Assembly: GCA_963793265.1 (NCBI GenBank)
Contig: CAWBZI010000006.1
Span: 768,001-832,000, forward strand
Direction of reading: 5' to 3'
DNA from: an uncultured cyanobacterium
GTDB taxonomy: Bacteria > Cyanobacteriota > Cyanobacteriia > Phormidesmidales > Phormidesmidaceae
DNA length: 64,000 nt
Shown: piece by piece, positions 20,248 through 31,676 of the stretch
Position numbering within the stretch: the first letter of the stretch is position 1
How the letters are laid out: each line of letters opens with the position of its first letter
Made by a program: the position numbers and the translations under genes
The notes under the pieces: generated by a model
Told to the model about the DNA's origin: nothing
Database searches by the model: none
The model's input: only the letters and a program-made list of their open reading frames with translations

Positions 20248-23088
20248 ATGACGACAACTAACGCTTCTCTCAACGGCTCTGGACAGGTTCAAAATGCAAT
20301 TCAAGATGCAGAACAAATCACCTCTGACGAAAGTTCAACAGAACTCATGCTCTCAGGAGATGACATCGGCTCCGATTCAACAACAGAAAAACAACCTATG
20401 GTATCGTCCTTAGAATCAGTGCTGGCACAGCCTTCAGTTCCTTCTGCACGTTCAATTCTGCCTAAAAGCTCTGGCAAAAGAGCCTTTGGCATCGCTAACC
20501 GCATGGCTAAAGCAGCTACGTTAGAGAACCTTTATCAGATTACGGTCACTGAGCTGAAAAAGAGATTTCAGTGCGATCGCGCCCTAGTTTTTCGATTCAA
20601 CGCTCCTTCGGAAGGAACGGTCATTGCCGAATCACTCAAAGCAGGCTATAGCCCAACGCTCGGTGAAACCCTAGACGTTATTGCATTCGGCGCAGCAGAG
20701 GCACAAGCATATCAAACTCAGTCAGCCGTTTCTCTGATAGATGCGAGTGAAGAAGCCGTTTCACCCCATCAGGTGCAGCTACTTCAACGATTCCAAGTAC
20801 AGGCGAGTTTGAGTCTGCCTATTTTCTTAGGCGATCAGCTATGGGGCCTTTTAGTTGTGCAGCAGTGCGAAGCCAAAAGAGCATGGGACGAGCGTGAAGT
20901 CGGCTTGCTCTATCAAGTCAGTACAGAACTTACGCTTAAGCTACAGTCTTACGAACTACAGCAGCAGTCTCAAAAAGAAATTGCTCGCGGCGAAACCCTC
21001 GGCAGCATTATTCAAAATATTCGCGAGGTTTCTGACCTACAGCAAATCTTTGAATCCACCACCAAGAGTCTGCGCAACTTCCTCAAAGCCGATCGCGTTT
21101 CTGTCTTTCAATTCACACCAGAGAGCGGACACAGTAGCGGCGAAGTCGTTGTAGAAAGTCTCAACCCTAGCTTTGTTTCTGCTAAAGAAGTCACCGTCGA
21201 AGATCACTGCTTCAGTGACCAAATGGCCGAAGCCTACCGTCGGGGTAGAGTTTCTACTATCGATGACATCTACAATCGCAACTTGCCCCAGTGTCATATT
21301 GATATTCTAGAGCAGTTCCAGGTGCGCGCTAATTTAGTGGTTCCGCTTCTAAAAGACAATCAGCTATGGGGTTTGTTTTGCATTCACCAGTGCAGCGGCC
21401 CTCGCCAGTGGCAAGATGTAGAAGTCGCTTTCGTAAGGAGAGTGGCCGCTCAGCTCGATTTGGCCATGCAGCAGGCCGACTATCTCGAACAAGTACAAGA
21501 TAAAACGCAGCAGCTCGAAGCCTCCGTAGAAAAAGAGCAGCTTATCACTAAAATCACTGAGCGCCTGCGCAATACAAACGATCTGCCTAAAACGCTCAAA
21601 TCAACCGTCCAAGACATCCGTCAGATGATGAAAGCGGATAGAGTGGGCCTATTTCAGTTCGATGCAGAGAAAAACTACAGCGTTGGTGAGTTTGTTGTAG
21701 AAGATGTAGCCACTGGCGTTCGCTCTGCCATGGCCGCGAAGGTGCAAGATCACTGCTTTGCCGAAGACCAAGCGGAGAACTATCGTAAGGGCCGCTACTG
21801 GGTTGTCAACGATGTTAATGCGCTCGACTTTCCTGATTGCTTAGTTGAGCTGCTTGCTCAGCTTCAGGTAAAGGCCAGTATTGTTGTTCCTTTGCTCAAA
21901 GGCAATATGCTGTGGGGATTGTTCGCCATTCACCAGTGCCACGCACCGCGCGAATGGAAAGACTCTGATGTGCAGTTCGCTCACCGCATCGGCGCTCAGC
22001 TCAACCTCGCTTTGCAGCAAGCTGACTATCTTAGCCAGGTACAAGCGCAAACGGCTAAGCTCACAGAAACGGCTGACCGAGAAAAAGCTTCTAAAGAGCT
22101 ATTCCAGCAGCAAGTGATTGAACTATTAAAGTCTGTTGGCCCTGCGCTACAAGGCGATTTAACGGTTCGCGCTCCTGTCACAGAAACAGAAGTTGGAACG
22201 GTTGCCAGTGCTTACAACAACACGCTACAAAGCCTGCAAAAAATTGTTTTGCAAGTGCAAGATGCTGCTAACCAAGTAGGCGAAACTTCTAAGCTCAGCG
22301 AAACGTCTGCGGTCGCAGTAAACAGGCAGGCAGAACAGCAGGCCCAAGCGCTAAGCCAAGCACTTGCCCGCGTACAAAAAATGGTGAACTCTACTGAAGC
22401 TGTGGCTCAAGACGCTCAGCAGGTAGAAGCAGCGGCTCAGCAGGCTAACCAAATTGTGCAGCGTGGCGATACGGCGATGAACCGTACGGTGGACGGCATT
22501 ATGGCGATTCGCTCTACGGTTGCAGAAACTAACCAGCGGATTAAACGATTGAGTGAGTCTTCGCAAAAAGTGTCTAAGATTGTGAGCTTGATTAGTCACT
22601 TTACGACGCAGACGCAGCTACTGGCGCTGAACGCTTCGATTGAGGCGACTCGGGCAGGCCAGTATGGACGCGGCTTTGCAGTGGTTGCTGACGAAGTACG
22701 CTCGCTCGCGCGTCAGTCAGCAGAAGCGGCTACTGAAATTGAACAGTTTGTTCAAGAAATTCAGATGGGTACGGCGGAAGTCTCAACGGCGATGGAAACT
22801 GGCATTCAGCAGGTTGCAGAAGGTACTGACATGGTGACCGACGCTCGCCAAAACCTCACCGCCATCGTGGAAGCAACAGGCCAAATCAGTCAGCTTATTG
22901 CAGACATCACGCAAACGACTCACAAGCAGGCTGATGAGTTCAAAGTCGTAACGCAAACAATGACTGAAGCCACAGAGATTGCGAATCAAACCTCTGAGAA
23001 TTCTAACGAACTTGCTCACTCCATTCAGCTTGTGCTCAATACCGCCGAAGCGCTACAAACCAGCGCTGGCAAGTTCAAAGTGCAGTAG
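20248..23088 (+). CDS. Soluble methyl-accepting photoreceptor with three GAF domains (two DXCF cyanobacteriochrome GAFs; PixJ-like)
   Basis: GAF1 lacks Cys (SPHQ); GAF2 DHCF..CH; GAF3 DHCF..CL; MCP signalling domain [31 protein letters not shown]; no TM segment. Confidence 0.93.
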   Translation: MTTTNASLNGSGQVQNAIQDAEQITSDESSTELMLSGDDIGSDSTTEKQPMVSSLESVLAQPSVPSARSILPKSSGKRAFGIANRMAKAATLENLYQITVTELKKRFQCDRALVFRFNAPSEGTVIAESLKAGYSPTLGETLDVIAFGAAEAQAYQTQSAVSLIDASEEAVSPHQVQLLQRFQVQASLSLPIFLGDQLWGLLVVQQCEAKRAWDEREVGLLYQVSTELTLKLQSYELQQQSQKEIARGETLGSIIQNIREVSDLQQIFESTTKSLRNFLKADRVSVFQFTPESGHSSGEVVVESLNPSFVSAKEVTVEDHCFSDQMAEAYRRGRVSTIDDIYNRNLPQCHIDILEQFQVRANLVVPLLKDNQLWGLFCIHQCSGPRQWQDVEVAFVRRVAAQLDLAMQQADYLEQVQDKTQQLEASVEKEQLITKITERLRNTNDLPKTLKSTVQDIRQMMKADRVGLFQFDAEKNYSVGEFVVEDVATGVRSAMAAKVQDHCFAEDQAENYRKGRYWVVNDVNALDFPDCLVELLAQLQVKASIVVPLLKGNMLWGLFAIHQCHAPREWKDSDVQFAHRIGAQLNLALQQADYLSQVQAQTAKLTETADREKASKELFQQQVIELLKSVGPALQGDLTVRAPVTETEVGTVASAYNNTLQSLQKIVLQVQDAANQVGETSKLSETSAVAVNRQAEQQAQALSQALARVQKMVNSTEAVAQDAQQVEAAAQQANQIVQRGDTAMNRTVDGIMAIRSTVAETNQRIKRLSESSQKVSKIVSLISHFTTQTQLLALNASIEATRAGQYGRGFAVVADEVRSLARQSAEAATEIEQFVQEIQMGTAEVSTAMETGIQQVAEGTDMVTDARQNLTAIVEATGQISQLIADITQTTHKQADEFKVVTQTMTEATEIANQTSENSNELAHSIQLVLNTAEALQTSAGKFKVQ

Positions 23089-23115
23089 ATATTCACTATC
23101 GTCTGAGAGTCCACC

Positions 23116-23147
23116 GTGGGGGCATAGCGGTGCTATGCCCCTGTTTT
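23116..23147 (+). terminator. GC-rich hairpin between the MCP and cheA genes (terminator or REP-like)
   Basis: GGGGCATAGC-GGT-GCTATGCCCC (23119-23141) followed by TGTTTT. Confidence 0.6.
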
Positions 23148-23204
23148 AAGTAACTACATTCCAGTCCCTACTGCGATCGCCATCCCCAATTTTCAGGTCT
23201 ACCC

Positions 23205-26200
23205 ATGACAACAGATATTCAGGTTTCTGAACAAACCCGTCAGTACTTTTTGCAAGAAGCCGCCGAACTTCTGCAAACGATGGACGACGAGCTGCAAGAT
23301 ATTAGAGAAAACTTCAGCGTTCAAAAAGTCCACAACCTCATGCGAGCGGCGCATACGCTCAAAGGAGCCTCGGCCAGCGTCGGTCTTGATAACGTAAAGA
23401 AAACAACGCACTCTCTTGAAGATGTGTTCAAAGCGCTGTGTCATCAAGACACGGTGATTTCGGTTGAGATGGAAGGGCTGATCTTCCAGGGCTATGACTG
23501 CCTAAAGCTGTTGATGTCTTCACAGCTAGCAGGCGCTAAGGTTGACGAGGCCGATATTTTAGATCGAATGGCCTCGATTGTGACTCAGCTTCAGGAGATG
23601 TTGGGCGATCGCTTCGGGCAAGGCGGGCATCTACCGACCTCTAGTGAATTAGGGTTCGATATGACCCAATCTATTTTTGAAGTCGGGGTCACCCAGCGAA
23701 TTGAAGCGCTCGAAGCCGCGCTTGAAGCTCCTGATGAAGAAGAACTTATCGAGCTGCTCGATACGCAGATAGAAGTCTTTATCGGCCTAGCAGAATCACT
23801 CGATCTACCAGGGTTTGGAGAAGTTGCTAGCACGACTCGAAAGGCGGTAGAAGCCAATCCTGATAAGGTCATTGAGATTGCGAAGGCATCGCTTGCAAAC
23901 TGTAAGGAAGCGCAGGCGGCTGTACTTGGGGGCGATCGCGAACAAGGCGGTGTACCTTCAGCAGAACTCCTAGCCTTCTGCGGTACTGTTCCATCTGCTT
24001 CACAGGTCGCAGAGCCAGCAGCTCAGATGAACGACGGTAAGAAGCAGGCAGGGAAAGACACCAAGCAAAAGGCGATCGCTAAGCCACCTACCAAAGCCAT
24101 CAGTCGCGCCGATGAAATGGCACCTGCCAAAGTCGGCCTGCTCCTACGGCTATGGAAAATGCTTACGCGGCCCATCGGCACCACCTCAAAAGGCGCTGGC
24201 GCTGTGGCCAAAGCAAACGGTCAGAAAGGCAGGGCATCAGACACCCTTTCAACAGAACCTGAGCCCGGTGTTGCCCCCAGTAACTTCATCGACTATGCCG
24301 CAGAAGGCGATGAGCCTGCGGATTTGGCTTTAGCCGATCTAGCACCGCCCGAACTCGCGCTGATGAATTTAGATCCTGCGCAGGTTAGCAAGTCGCTAAT
24401 TGTAGCCAGTTCGCCCATGGCTAATTCACTGGCCACACCAGACGATATAGCCGAGCTATCAGAGCTTGGCAACCTGGACTTGAGTGCGCTGTCTCTAGCC
24501 AATTCAGCCCCTGCGCCGCAAGATACAAAAAGTTCGCTACCTGACCTATCCGAATTTTTAGAAGATGACGGTAGCAGTGGGCTCTCAGAAACAGACAGCT
24601 TGCTCGAAACAGAAGAACCGGCGCTATCAAACAAAGCTTCTCAAACAGCAACCATCCAACCCGTCATTGAGCTACCTACCGCGCCGACGCGAAGCGCAAA
24701 TAGCAACGCCACTATTCGCATGACCGTTGAGCATCTCGACCAGCTCAGCCAGTCAATGGGAGAGCTACTCACGCACCAAAACCGTCAGGCTTTGTACAAT
24801 GAACAGCTTGCGCTTTTGATTAGAAAACTGTTGGATCGCATCGCCCGGCAGCAGAAAGAACTCAACAAGCAGAGAGGCCGTAGCGTAGGCAATAATAAAG
24901 CCGAGCCACTTTCACCTGTTGCAGCCAGCACGCAGCTTTCTAATTTGGCTTACGCTCACTTCGACTCGCTAGAGCTTGACCAGTACAGCGATGTTCAACT
25001 GCTGGCCCAAAGCTTTCTGGAAGAAACTGTTCAACAGTCAGAAAGCGCCGAAGCAATTGAGCTTTTTGTGGCACGATCCGGTCAGGAGTTAGAGAAACAA
25101 AAGCGACTGCTAGCGAACACTCGCGAAACGCTGTTAGAAGCAAGAATGCTGCCGCTAGATAAAGTCTTCCAGCGGTTTCCGGCAGCACTAGAACGGTTAG
25201 AGGTGCAGCACAACAAACCGGCAAACTTGGTCATTACTGGCAGCGATGTACTGGTTGACAAGATCATTGCTGATAAGCTTTACGACCCGATGCTGCATCT
25301 GGTACGAAACGCCTTTGACCACGGCATTGAAACGCCTGAAGCTAGAGCCTTACAAAATAAGTCCGAGGCTGGCACGATTACAATCGAGGCCATTCAGCAA
25401 GGGCGGCACCTGATTATTAATGTCAAAGACGATGGCAAAGGGCTCAACCTTGAGATGATTCGCACTAAAGCTGTGGAGAATCAGGTGATTACAGCAGCAG
25501 AGGCAGCAGCGCTCACTGAGGATCAAACCGTAGATTTGCTGTTTGAGGCTGGTTTTTCGACGGCGAGTGAAGTGGATGACCTGTCGGGTCGTGGCGTTGG
25601 GCTAGATGCGGTGAAAGCTCAGGTGCGATCGCTCCAAGGCTGGGTTACCGTCAGCCACAAACCCGGCGAAGGCACTACCTTCACCCTCCAAATCCCTTCT
25701 AGTCTCACCATTGCAAAACTCTTGCTGTGCCAGGCCCAAGGCCGTATCTATGCGCTCATTGCCGACGCCATTGAGCACATTCTGATTCCAACAACAGAAC
25801 AAATGCGCGCCTGGGATGGTGGCAAAACCCTCACCTGGCAAGCAAACCATGAGGAACATCTGGTGCCCGTAAATGCGCTAGCTGATGTGCTGCACTACGC
25901 TTCACCCATGCCTAGCCATCGCCTAATTGAAACGCGCAGCGACATTAAAGCCGCTGCTCACAATCCAGTGATTCTTCTACATCACCAAAGCGCTTTAGTC
26001 GGCTTAGAAGTCGACCAGCTACTCGGTGAGCAAGAGCTTGTGATTAGCTCGCTAGGCGAAACCATCGTGCCACCGCCTTATTTGTACGGCAGCAGCATCT
26101 TGCCTGACGGTCAGCTAACGCTCGTACTCGATGGCGTCATGCTCGCCAAAATGGTTTTAGATCAGCGCAGCCAGGGCAGCATTGATATCAGCGTAGACGG

Positions 26201-26651
26201 CCCAACGCAGCTCAAGCCGAAGAATGAACCTGTCTTTGTTAAAAAGCTCATTTTGACCGTAGATGACTCGATTACCGTGCGAAACACGCTAGCCGAGGCG
26301 TTACAAAAAGCTGACTATCAGGTAATTCAAGCACGTGATGGGGCCGAAGCGCTAAAACAGCTAGAGCGCTATCCGGGTGTTGAAGCTATTTTGTGTGACA
26401 TCGAGATGCCAGGGATGAATGGATTTGAGTTCCTTAAGGTACGCCAGCAAACGCCTAAGATCGCGGCCATTCCAACCATCATGCTGACCTCTAGAGCAGG
26501 CACTAAGCACCGTTTGCTCACCAAAGAGCTGGGCGCAACGACTTATCTCACCAAGCCCTATCTCACCCCTCAGCTTCTCAAAACACTCTCTGAAGCTATT
26601 GAAGATAAAACCACCAAACAGCTCGCTGCGACAGGAGGCTCACATGAATAA
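23205..26651 (+). CDS. Hybrid CheA kinase (Hpt, dimerisation, HATPase, CheW, REC; PixL-like)
   Basis: LMRAAHTLKG, HLVRNAFDHGIE, DDGKG, GFST..SGRGVGLD, REC VDDSITVR..CDIEMP. Confidence 0.95.
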   Translation: MTTDIQVSEQTRQYFLQEAAELLQTMDDELQDIRENFSVQKVHNLMRAAHTLKGASASVGLDNVKKTTHSLEDVFKALCHQDTVISVEMEGLIFQGYDCLKLLMSSQLAGAKVDEADILDRMASIVTQLQEMLGDRFGQGGHLPTSSELGFDMTQSIFEVGVTQRIEALEAALEAPDEEELIELLDTQIEVFIGLAESLDLPGFGEVASTTRKAVEANPDKVIEIAKASLANCKEAQAAVLGGDREQGGVPSAELLAFCGTVPSASQVAEPAAQMNDGKKQAGKDTKQKAIAKPPTKAISRADEMAPAKVGLLLRLWKMLTRPIGTTSKGAGAVAKANGQKGRASDTLSTEPEPGVAPSNFIDYAAEGDEPADLALADLAPPELALMNLDPAQVSKSLIVASSPMANSLATPDDIAELSELGNLDLSALSLANSAPAPQDTKSSLPDLSEFLEDDGSSGLSETDSLLETEEPALSNKASQTATIQPVIELPTAPTRSANSNATIRMTVEHLDQLSQSMGELLTHQNRQALYNEQLALLIRKLLDRIARQQKELNKQRGRSVGNNKAEPLSPVAASTQLSNLAYAHFDSLELDQYSDVQLLAQSFLEETVQQSESAEAIELFVARSGQELEKQKRLLANTRETLLEARMLPLDKVFQRFPAALERLEVQHNKPANLVITGSDVLVDKIIADKLYDPMLHLVRNAFDHGIETPEARALQNKSEAGTITIEAIQQGRHLIINVKDDGKGLNLEMIRTKAVENQVITAAEAAALTEDQTVDLLFEAGFSTASEVDDLSGRGVGLDAVKAQVRSLQGWVTVSHKPGEGTTFTLQIPSSLTIAKLLLCQAQGRIYALIADAIEHILIPTTEQMRAWDGGKTLTWQANHEEHLVPVNALADVLHYASPMPSHRLIETRSDIKAAAHNPVILLHHQSALVGLEVDQLLGEQELVISSLGETIVPPPYLYGSSILPDGQLTLVLDGVMLAKMVLDQRSQGSIDISVDGPTQLKPKNEPVFVKKLILTVDDSITVRNTLAEALQKADYQVIQARDGAEALKQLERYPGVEAILCDIEMPGMNGFEFLKVRQQTPKIAAIPTIMLTSRAGTKHRLLTKELGATTYLTKPYLTPQLLKTLSEAIEDKTTKQLAATGGSHE

Positions 26652-27306
26652 TCCTTTAAATCAAGTCACAATCGAGGCTGAAGCTGAGATTAACAAGTAC
26701 ATTACATTCACCATGGAGGGCTATTTATTCGCACTGCCTAGCGAAGAGATTTTGAAGATCGTCGCAACACCAGCACCTAGGCAGGGTGGCATGGTGAGTA
26801 TGGGTTTGGTGCAGCTTGAACAGTACAGCATTCAAACCATTGATTTGCCGAAGCTGCTGAACTTGCAGGGCGAAAAAAAGAACATTGCTGAGGCCGCGAT
26901 TAAGACAATTAAGAAAGCCGAAAAGCCGCAGGGTTTAGAAAAACCTGCACCAACAGAAAATCCTCCTTTTTTGATGGTTTTGCAAGATGCCGACGAGGTT
27001 CTATGGGGCATCGCTGTTGATGAGCCGCCTGACTTGATGGATATTCCTCACTATGCGCTAAAGCCGGTACCGCCTGAAAAGAGAATGACTAGAGCGCTGC
27101 GCTGGGTTTCCCATGTGGTGACCTATGATTTGGGCGGCGATCGCCACACCCTCCTACTGCTAGATCTCTCTGTTCTATTGGCCCAAGAGCCACCTGAGAC
27201 TATCCTGCCAGGTAGCGCTGACTTCCTTGGCATAGAGCCGCCAATGGAGATGGCAATTGTAGACGAAGAGAGCGCAGCGGCACGTAAAGAAGAAATGTAC
27301 GCATAG
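26644..27306 (+). CDS. Second, divergent CheW-like protein
   Basis: YITFTMEGYLFALPSEEILKIV, WGIAVDEPP; ATG overlaps the cheA 3' end. Confidence 0.8.
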   Translation: MNNPLNQVTIEAEAEINKYITFTMEGYLFALPSEEILKIVATPAPRQGGMVSMGLVQLEQYSIQTIDLPKLLNLQGEKKNIAEAAIKTIKKAEKPQGLEKPAPTENPPFLMVLQDADEVLWGIAVDEPPDLMDIPHYALKPVPPEKRMTRALRWVSHVVTYDLGGDRHTLLLLDLSVLLAQEPPETILPGSADFLGIEPPMEMAIVDEESAAARKEEMYA

Positions 27307-27327
27307 TCTATTTTCTTTGTTCATAAC

Positions 27328-27369
27328 AAAGCGGACTGTTCCTAGTAACAAAGGAACAGTCCGCTTTTT
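27328..27369. terminator. Bidirectional terminator between the taxis operon and pheS
   Basis: 16-bp inverted repeat AAAGCGGACTGTTCCT / AGGAACAGTCCGCTTT between convergent genes. Confidence 0.88.
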
Positions 27370-27388
27370 GGTTGAGACGACCTAGCAC

Positions 27389-28384
27389 CTAAAATTGCTT
27401 TAAAAATCTCAGGTCACTGCTGTACAGGCGTCTGATATCGTCAATCTTGCTTTGCACCATAGCCAAGCGCTCCACACCCAAGCCAGCCGCAAAACCTGAA
27501 TATACCTCGGGGTCACAGCCCACAGCTTTAAGCACGTTTGGGTCGATCATGCCGCAGCCCATCACTTCGAGCCATTGCCCCTGCCAGCGCACATCTACTT
27601 CAGCAGAAGGCTCTGTGAAAGGAAAATAGCTAGGGCGAAAGCGTACTTCAATATCCCCGAACAGCGCCTCTAAAAATAGCTGTACAGTACCTCGCAGGTC
27701 GGTGAACGTGATGTTCTTATCGACGGCAAAAAACTCAATCTGGTGAAACACAGCGGCATGGGTCGCATCGACGGTATCGCGACGGTAGCAGCGACCAGAG
27801 GCGAGTACGCGCATCGGCGGCTCGTGATTTTCCATGTAGCGCACCTGAGTATTTGAGGTGTGCGTACGCATAAGCTGGCCGCCCGGCAAATACAGCGTAT
27901 CTTGCATATCGCGGGCAGGGTGATCGGGCAAAAAGTTTAGCGCCTCAAAGTTGTAGTAGTCGCTTTCGATTTCTCGGCTTTGGGCGACGGTGTAGCCAAG
28001 GCCGACAAAGATGTCAGTAATTTGGTCAATGATGCTGTTAATTGGATGGATGCGGCCTTGAGGTTGGTAGACACCCGGCATGGTGACGTCGATGGTTTCA
28101 GCCGCAAGCTGAGCTTCAATTTGGGCGGATTGCAAGTCTGTTTTGCGTTGCTCTATTTGTGACTGAAGCGCCGCTTTGGCTTTGTTTGCCAGCGCACCGA
28201 TTTTAGGCCGCTCTTCGGCTGAAAGCTTGCCCATGCCACCGAGGACTTTGGAGAGATTTCCTTTTTTGCCTAGATACTTGACGCGCACTTTTTCCAGGTC
28301 ATCTAGGCTGCTAGCAGCGCTGATGTCGGCGGTGGCCTCTTGTTGTACGGCGCTGAGCTGAGCTTCTATCTCGGATGATGACAT
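27389..28384 (-). CDS. pheS: Phenylalanine-tRNA ligase alpha subunit
   Basis: [36 protein letters not shown]. Confidence 0.98.
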   Translation of the reverse strand: MSSSEIEAQLSAVQQEATADISAASSLDDLEKVRVKYLGKKGNLSKVLGGMGKLSAEERPKIGALANKAKAALQSQIEQRKTDLQSAQIEAQLAAETIDVTMPGVYQPQGRIHPINSIIDQITDIFVGLGYTVAQSREIESDYYNFEALNFLPDHPARDMQDTLYLPGGQLMRTHTSNTQVRYMENHEPPMRVLASGRCYRRDTVDATHAAVFHQIEFFAVDKNITFTDLRGTVQLFLEALFGDIEVRFRPSYFPFTEPSAEVDVRWQGQWLEVMGCGMIDPNVLKAVGCDPEVYSGFAAGLGVERLAMVQSKIDDIRRLYSSDLRFLKQF

Positions 28385-28514
28385 GGCGCTGTTAGGGCTG
28401 CTGGTGAGCTTAAGGAATTCGCAAATTAGTCTATGTTAACCTGCCAGGGAAGCGAGAGAGCCTAGCTTCTCGTTTTATTCGCAGCGTTTATTTATAAGGA
28501 TCAGGTCTTAGTTT

Positions 28515-29363
28515 ATGAATGTCTTGGTGAGCAATGACGATGGGGTTTTCGCGCTGGGCATTCGGACGCTGGCGAATGCGCTAGCGGCGGCTGGGCATCA
28601 GGTGACGGTGGTGTGTCCTGATCGCGAACGCTCTGCAACGGGTCACGGGCTTACGCTGCACAGACCTTTACGAGTAGATCAGGTAGAGAACGTTTTTGAT
28701 CCGAAAGTCACTGCCTGGGCTAGTTCGGGCACACCGTCTGACTGCGTGAAGCTGGCTTTGGATGCACTTTTGCCTGCGGCTCCTGACTTTGTGGTGTCGG
28801 GAATTAATCACGGGGCTAATTTGGGCACAGATGTGCTCTATTCGGGTACGGTGTCGGCGGCGATGGAGGGGGTTTTAGAAGGCATTCCAGCGATCGCAAT
28901 CAGCCTCACTAGCTTCTCAGCCAAAAACTTCGACCCTTCTGCCCAATGCGCCGTTCAGCTCGTCTCCCAGCTAGAGCAGCAGCCGCTAAATCTGCCCATA
29001 TTGCTCAACGTCAACGTGCCACCCGTAGCAGCCGCAGACATTAAAGGCACGGTGATTGCTCGGCAGGGCGTTCGCCGGTATTTCGATCAGTTTGCAAAGC
29101 GCGTTGATCCTCGTGGTAAAACCTACTACTGGTTAGCAGGAGAAGTTATGGAGGAAGGAGAGGCTGAACTGGTGATCGATCACCAGGGAAAGAACGAAGC
29201 GGCGGCGATTGATAAAGAAATATCAGCTATTAATACGCAGTTTGTAACCGATGTGAAGGCTATTAAAGACAATTACATTACGATTACGCCGCTTCAGTAC
29301 AATCTGACGGCCTATACGGCGCTGGACTTCGTGCGCAGGCGATTATGTGATCGCAACCTCTGA
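28515..29363 (+). CDS. surE: 5'/3'-nucleotidase SurE
   Basis: [36 protein letters not shown]. Confidence 0.97.
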   Translation: MNVLVSNDDGVFALGIRTLANALAAAGHQVTVVCPDRERSATGHGLTLHRPLRVDQVENVFDPKVTAWASSGTPSDCVKLALDALLPAAPDFVVSGINHGANLGTDVLYSGTVSAAMEGVLEGIPAIAISLTSFSAKNFDPSAQCAVQLVSQLEQQPLNLPILLNVNVPPVAAADIKGTVIARQGVRRYFDQFAKRVDPRGKTYYWLAGEVMEEGEAELVIDHQGKNEAAAIDKEISAINTQFVTDVKAIKDNYITITPLQYNLTAYTALDFVRRRLCDRNL

Positions 29364-29403
29364 TAACAAAACTTTGCTAACGAAACTGTTACTAACAAAA
29401 GTC
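29361..29403. repeat. Degenerate ~14-bp tandem repeat x3 starting at the surE stop
   Basis: TGATAACAAAACTT / TGCTAACGAAACTG / TACTAACAAAAGTC. Confidence 0.6.
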
Positions 29404-29632
29404 ATTCTCATCAGTGAGGCAATCGTTAAGCTATGGAAAAGTACGACGCTGATGAAGGTGAAGCGAGCGAACTAAATTGATGAATATGGCAAGCTGCCAA
29501 TAGGGCTTGGGCATTATGCATGAAGGTATTCTGGTTTTGGAGCCGGTATTGGTGCGTCCTTTCACCTGATGAAGGGTGCGACTAGCTGTAAAAATAGACA
29601 GTAATTCCTCTAAATCACTTCATGTAAGGCTC

Positions 29633-30508
29633 ATGTCAGATCATCACGGTCAGTTTTCGATATGCTTTTGGGGCGTCCGGGGAAGTGTGGCCTGTCCTGG
29701 CTCCCAAACCGTTCGCTATGGTGGAAATACTGCCTGTATTGAGATGAGAGTCGGGGGTGAACGGCTGATTTTTGATGGGGGAACGGGGTTGCGCAACTTA
29801 GGTCAGCAAATGCTGCCTGAGATGCCAGTACACGCAAACATGTTTTTTACCCACTCTCATTGGGATCACATCCAGGGTTTTCCGTTCTTTGTACCTGCTT
29901 TTGTACCGGGCAATAAGTTTAAGATTCATGGGGCGATCGCACCCAACGGCTCCACTATCGAGCAGCGCCTAAACGATCAGATGCTGCACCCCAACTTTCC
30001 GGTGCCCCTACAAATCATGGGCGCAACGTTAGAGTTTTGTGACATTGAGGTAGGCGAGGTTATGAAAATTGGTGACGTTGAAATTAGCAATGCTATGCTC
30101 AACCATCCTGGCGAAGCGGTAGGCTACCGGGTGAGCTATCGCGGTCATTCAGCCGCGTACGTGAGCGATACTGAGCACTTCCCTGATCGGTTAGATGAGA
30201 ATGTGTTGCGACTGGCTAAAGATGCAGACGTAATGATTTACGACTGCACCTATACAGACGCGGAATATTACGACAAGAGCAATAGCAAGGTTGGCTGGGG
30301 TCATTCGACATGGCAGGAGGCTGTGAAGCTAGCGAAAGCAGCGAACGTTAAGCAGCTCGTAATTTTTCACCACGATCCTACGCATACGGATGAATTTATG
30401 GACGATATTGTTCGTCAAACATCGATTGCCTTGCCTAGCAGCGTTGTGGCGAAAGAAGGCATGGTGCTTGAGCTGATTAAAGAAGAGTCCGCTATGGCGG
30501 CAGTGTAG
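29633..30508 (+). CDS. MBL-fold metallo-hydrolase (RNase Z/phosphodiesterase-like)
   Basis: FWGVRGS, YGGNTAC, THSHWDHIQG, WGHST, FHHDP. Confidence 0.92.
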   Translation: MSDHHGQFSICFWGVRGSVACPGSQTVRYGGNTACIEMRVGGERLIFDGGTGLRNLGQQMLPEMPVHANMFFTHSHWDHIQGFPFFVPAFVPGNKFKIHGAIAPNGSTIEQRLNDQMLHPNFPVPLQIMGATLEFCDIEVGEVMKIGDVEISNAMLNHPGEAVGYRVSYRGHSAAYVSDTEHFPDRLDENVLRLAKDADVMIYDCTYTDAEYYDKSNSKVGWGHSTWQEAVKLAKAANVKQLVIFHHDPTHTDEFMDDIVRQTSIALPSSVVAKEGMVLELIKEESAMAAV

Positions 30509-30578
30509 AAAAGAAGTCAGAGACGACTAAGCAGAAATAGAGCGCTGTACGGACTGGCTTTGTGTCAAAATGTGAAGC

Positions 30579-31667
30579 GTGCGGATTACTTCTTCTCTTA
30601 AGGCGGCGAAAACCCCTGTAAATATAGCGCTGGGCAATTTTGACGGCGTGCATTTGGGCCATCAGCGAGTGATGGCCGAGATTTTAGGTGGCCGGTTAAA
30701 TGACCTATTGTCACTGGCTGAACAACCAGCGATCGCCCCTTGTTTGAGCCCAGCTTCAGTATCAGACCTTCATCGTGGCGCGATCGCTCTTGACTACAAC
30801 TACCAAAATGCTGCATCCCACCACGACGGCCTTAATCTTCCAATCGGGCTGCAAGCCGAGTCAAATCTAGAAATCTACTCAACCGTTGTTACCTTTTCAC
30901 CGCATCCCCAGGAGTATTTCTCAGGCGTATCGAAGCCTTTGCTCACGCCCGTTGCAGAAAAAGCATGGCAGTTATCTCAGCTAGGGATTCATCAGCTTGT
31001 GATGCTGCCTTTCAATCAGGCAATGGCTGAGCTGAGCCCTGAGGAGTTTGTTAAGCGAATTTTGATTGATGGGTTGCAGACGAAAAGAATCAGCGTCGGC
31101 AGCGATTTTCGCTTTGGCAAAGGCCGCGCAGGGGATGCGAATGGATTGCAGGCGATCGCCCAAAGTCATAACGTCCCGGTCGTGCAGGTGCCGTTGAGAC
31201 TGGAGGAGGGCGATCGCATCAGTAGCTCCAAAATTCGCACCGCCCTACAAGCTGGCGATCCTCAACAGGCCGCTCGTCTGCTAGGTCGTCCTTACACATT
31301 GACCGGGCGCGTTGTGAAAGGAAAGCAATTGGGCCGTACAATTGGCTTCCCAACCGCGAATTTGCAGGTGCCCGCCGAGAAGTATCTACCTTGCACAGGT
31401 GTTTATAGCGTTCGGGTATATGGCGCACAAGCTGAATCTTCAGAGCCCTTAAGAGGTGTGATGAATATTGGCAATCGGCCTACAGTTGAGGGGCGATCGC
31501 TCAGCGTAGAAGTCCATTTGCTCGACTGGATAGGAGATCTGTACGGACAGCTTTTGACCGTTACGCTAGAAGGCTTTGTACGGCCCGAGCAAAAGTTTGA
31601 GTCACTAGCGCAGCTTAGAGCGCAGATTGCCGAGGATTGTCAGGTAGCAATCGCGCTCTTAAAATAA
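30579..31667 (+). CDS. ribF: Bifunctional riboflavin kinase/FAD synthetase
   Basis: GNFDGVHLGHQ, TFSPHP, ISSSKIR, GRTIGFPTAN, NIGNRPTV, EVHLLD. Confidence 0.96.
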   Translation: MRITSSLKAAKTPVNIALGNFDGVHLGHQRVMAEILGGRLNDLLSLAEQPAIAPCLSPASVSDLHRGAIALDYNYQNAASHHDGLNLPIGLQAESNLEIYSTVVTFSPHPQEYFSGVSKPLLTPVAEKAWQLSQLGIHQLVMLPFNQAMAELSPEEFVKRILIDGLQTKRISVGSDFRFGKGRAGDANGLQAIAQSHNVPVVQVPLRLEEGDRISSSKIRTALQAGDPQQAARLLGRPYTLTGRVVKGKQLGRTIGFPTANLQVPAEKYLPCTGVYSVRVYGAQAESSEPLRGVMNIGNRPTVEGRSLSVEVHLLDWIGDLYGQLLTVTLEGFVRPEQKFESLAQLRAQIAEDCQVAIALLK

Positions 31668-31676
31668 AACGTCTCC

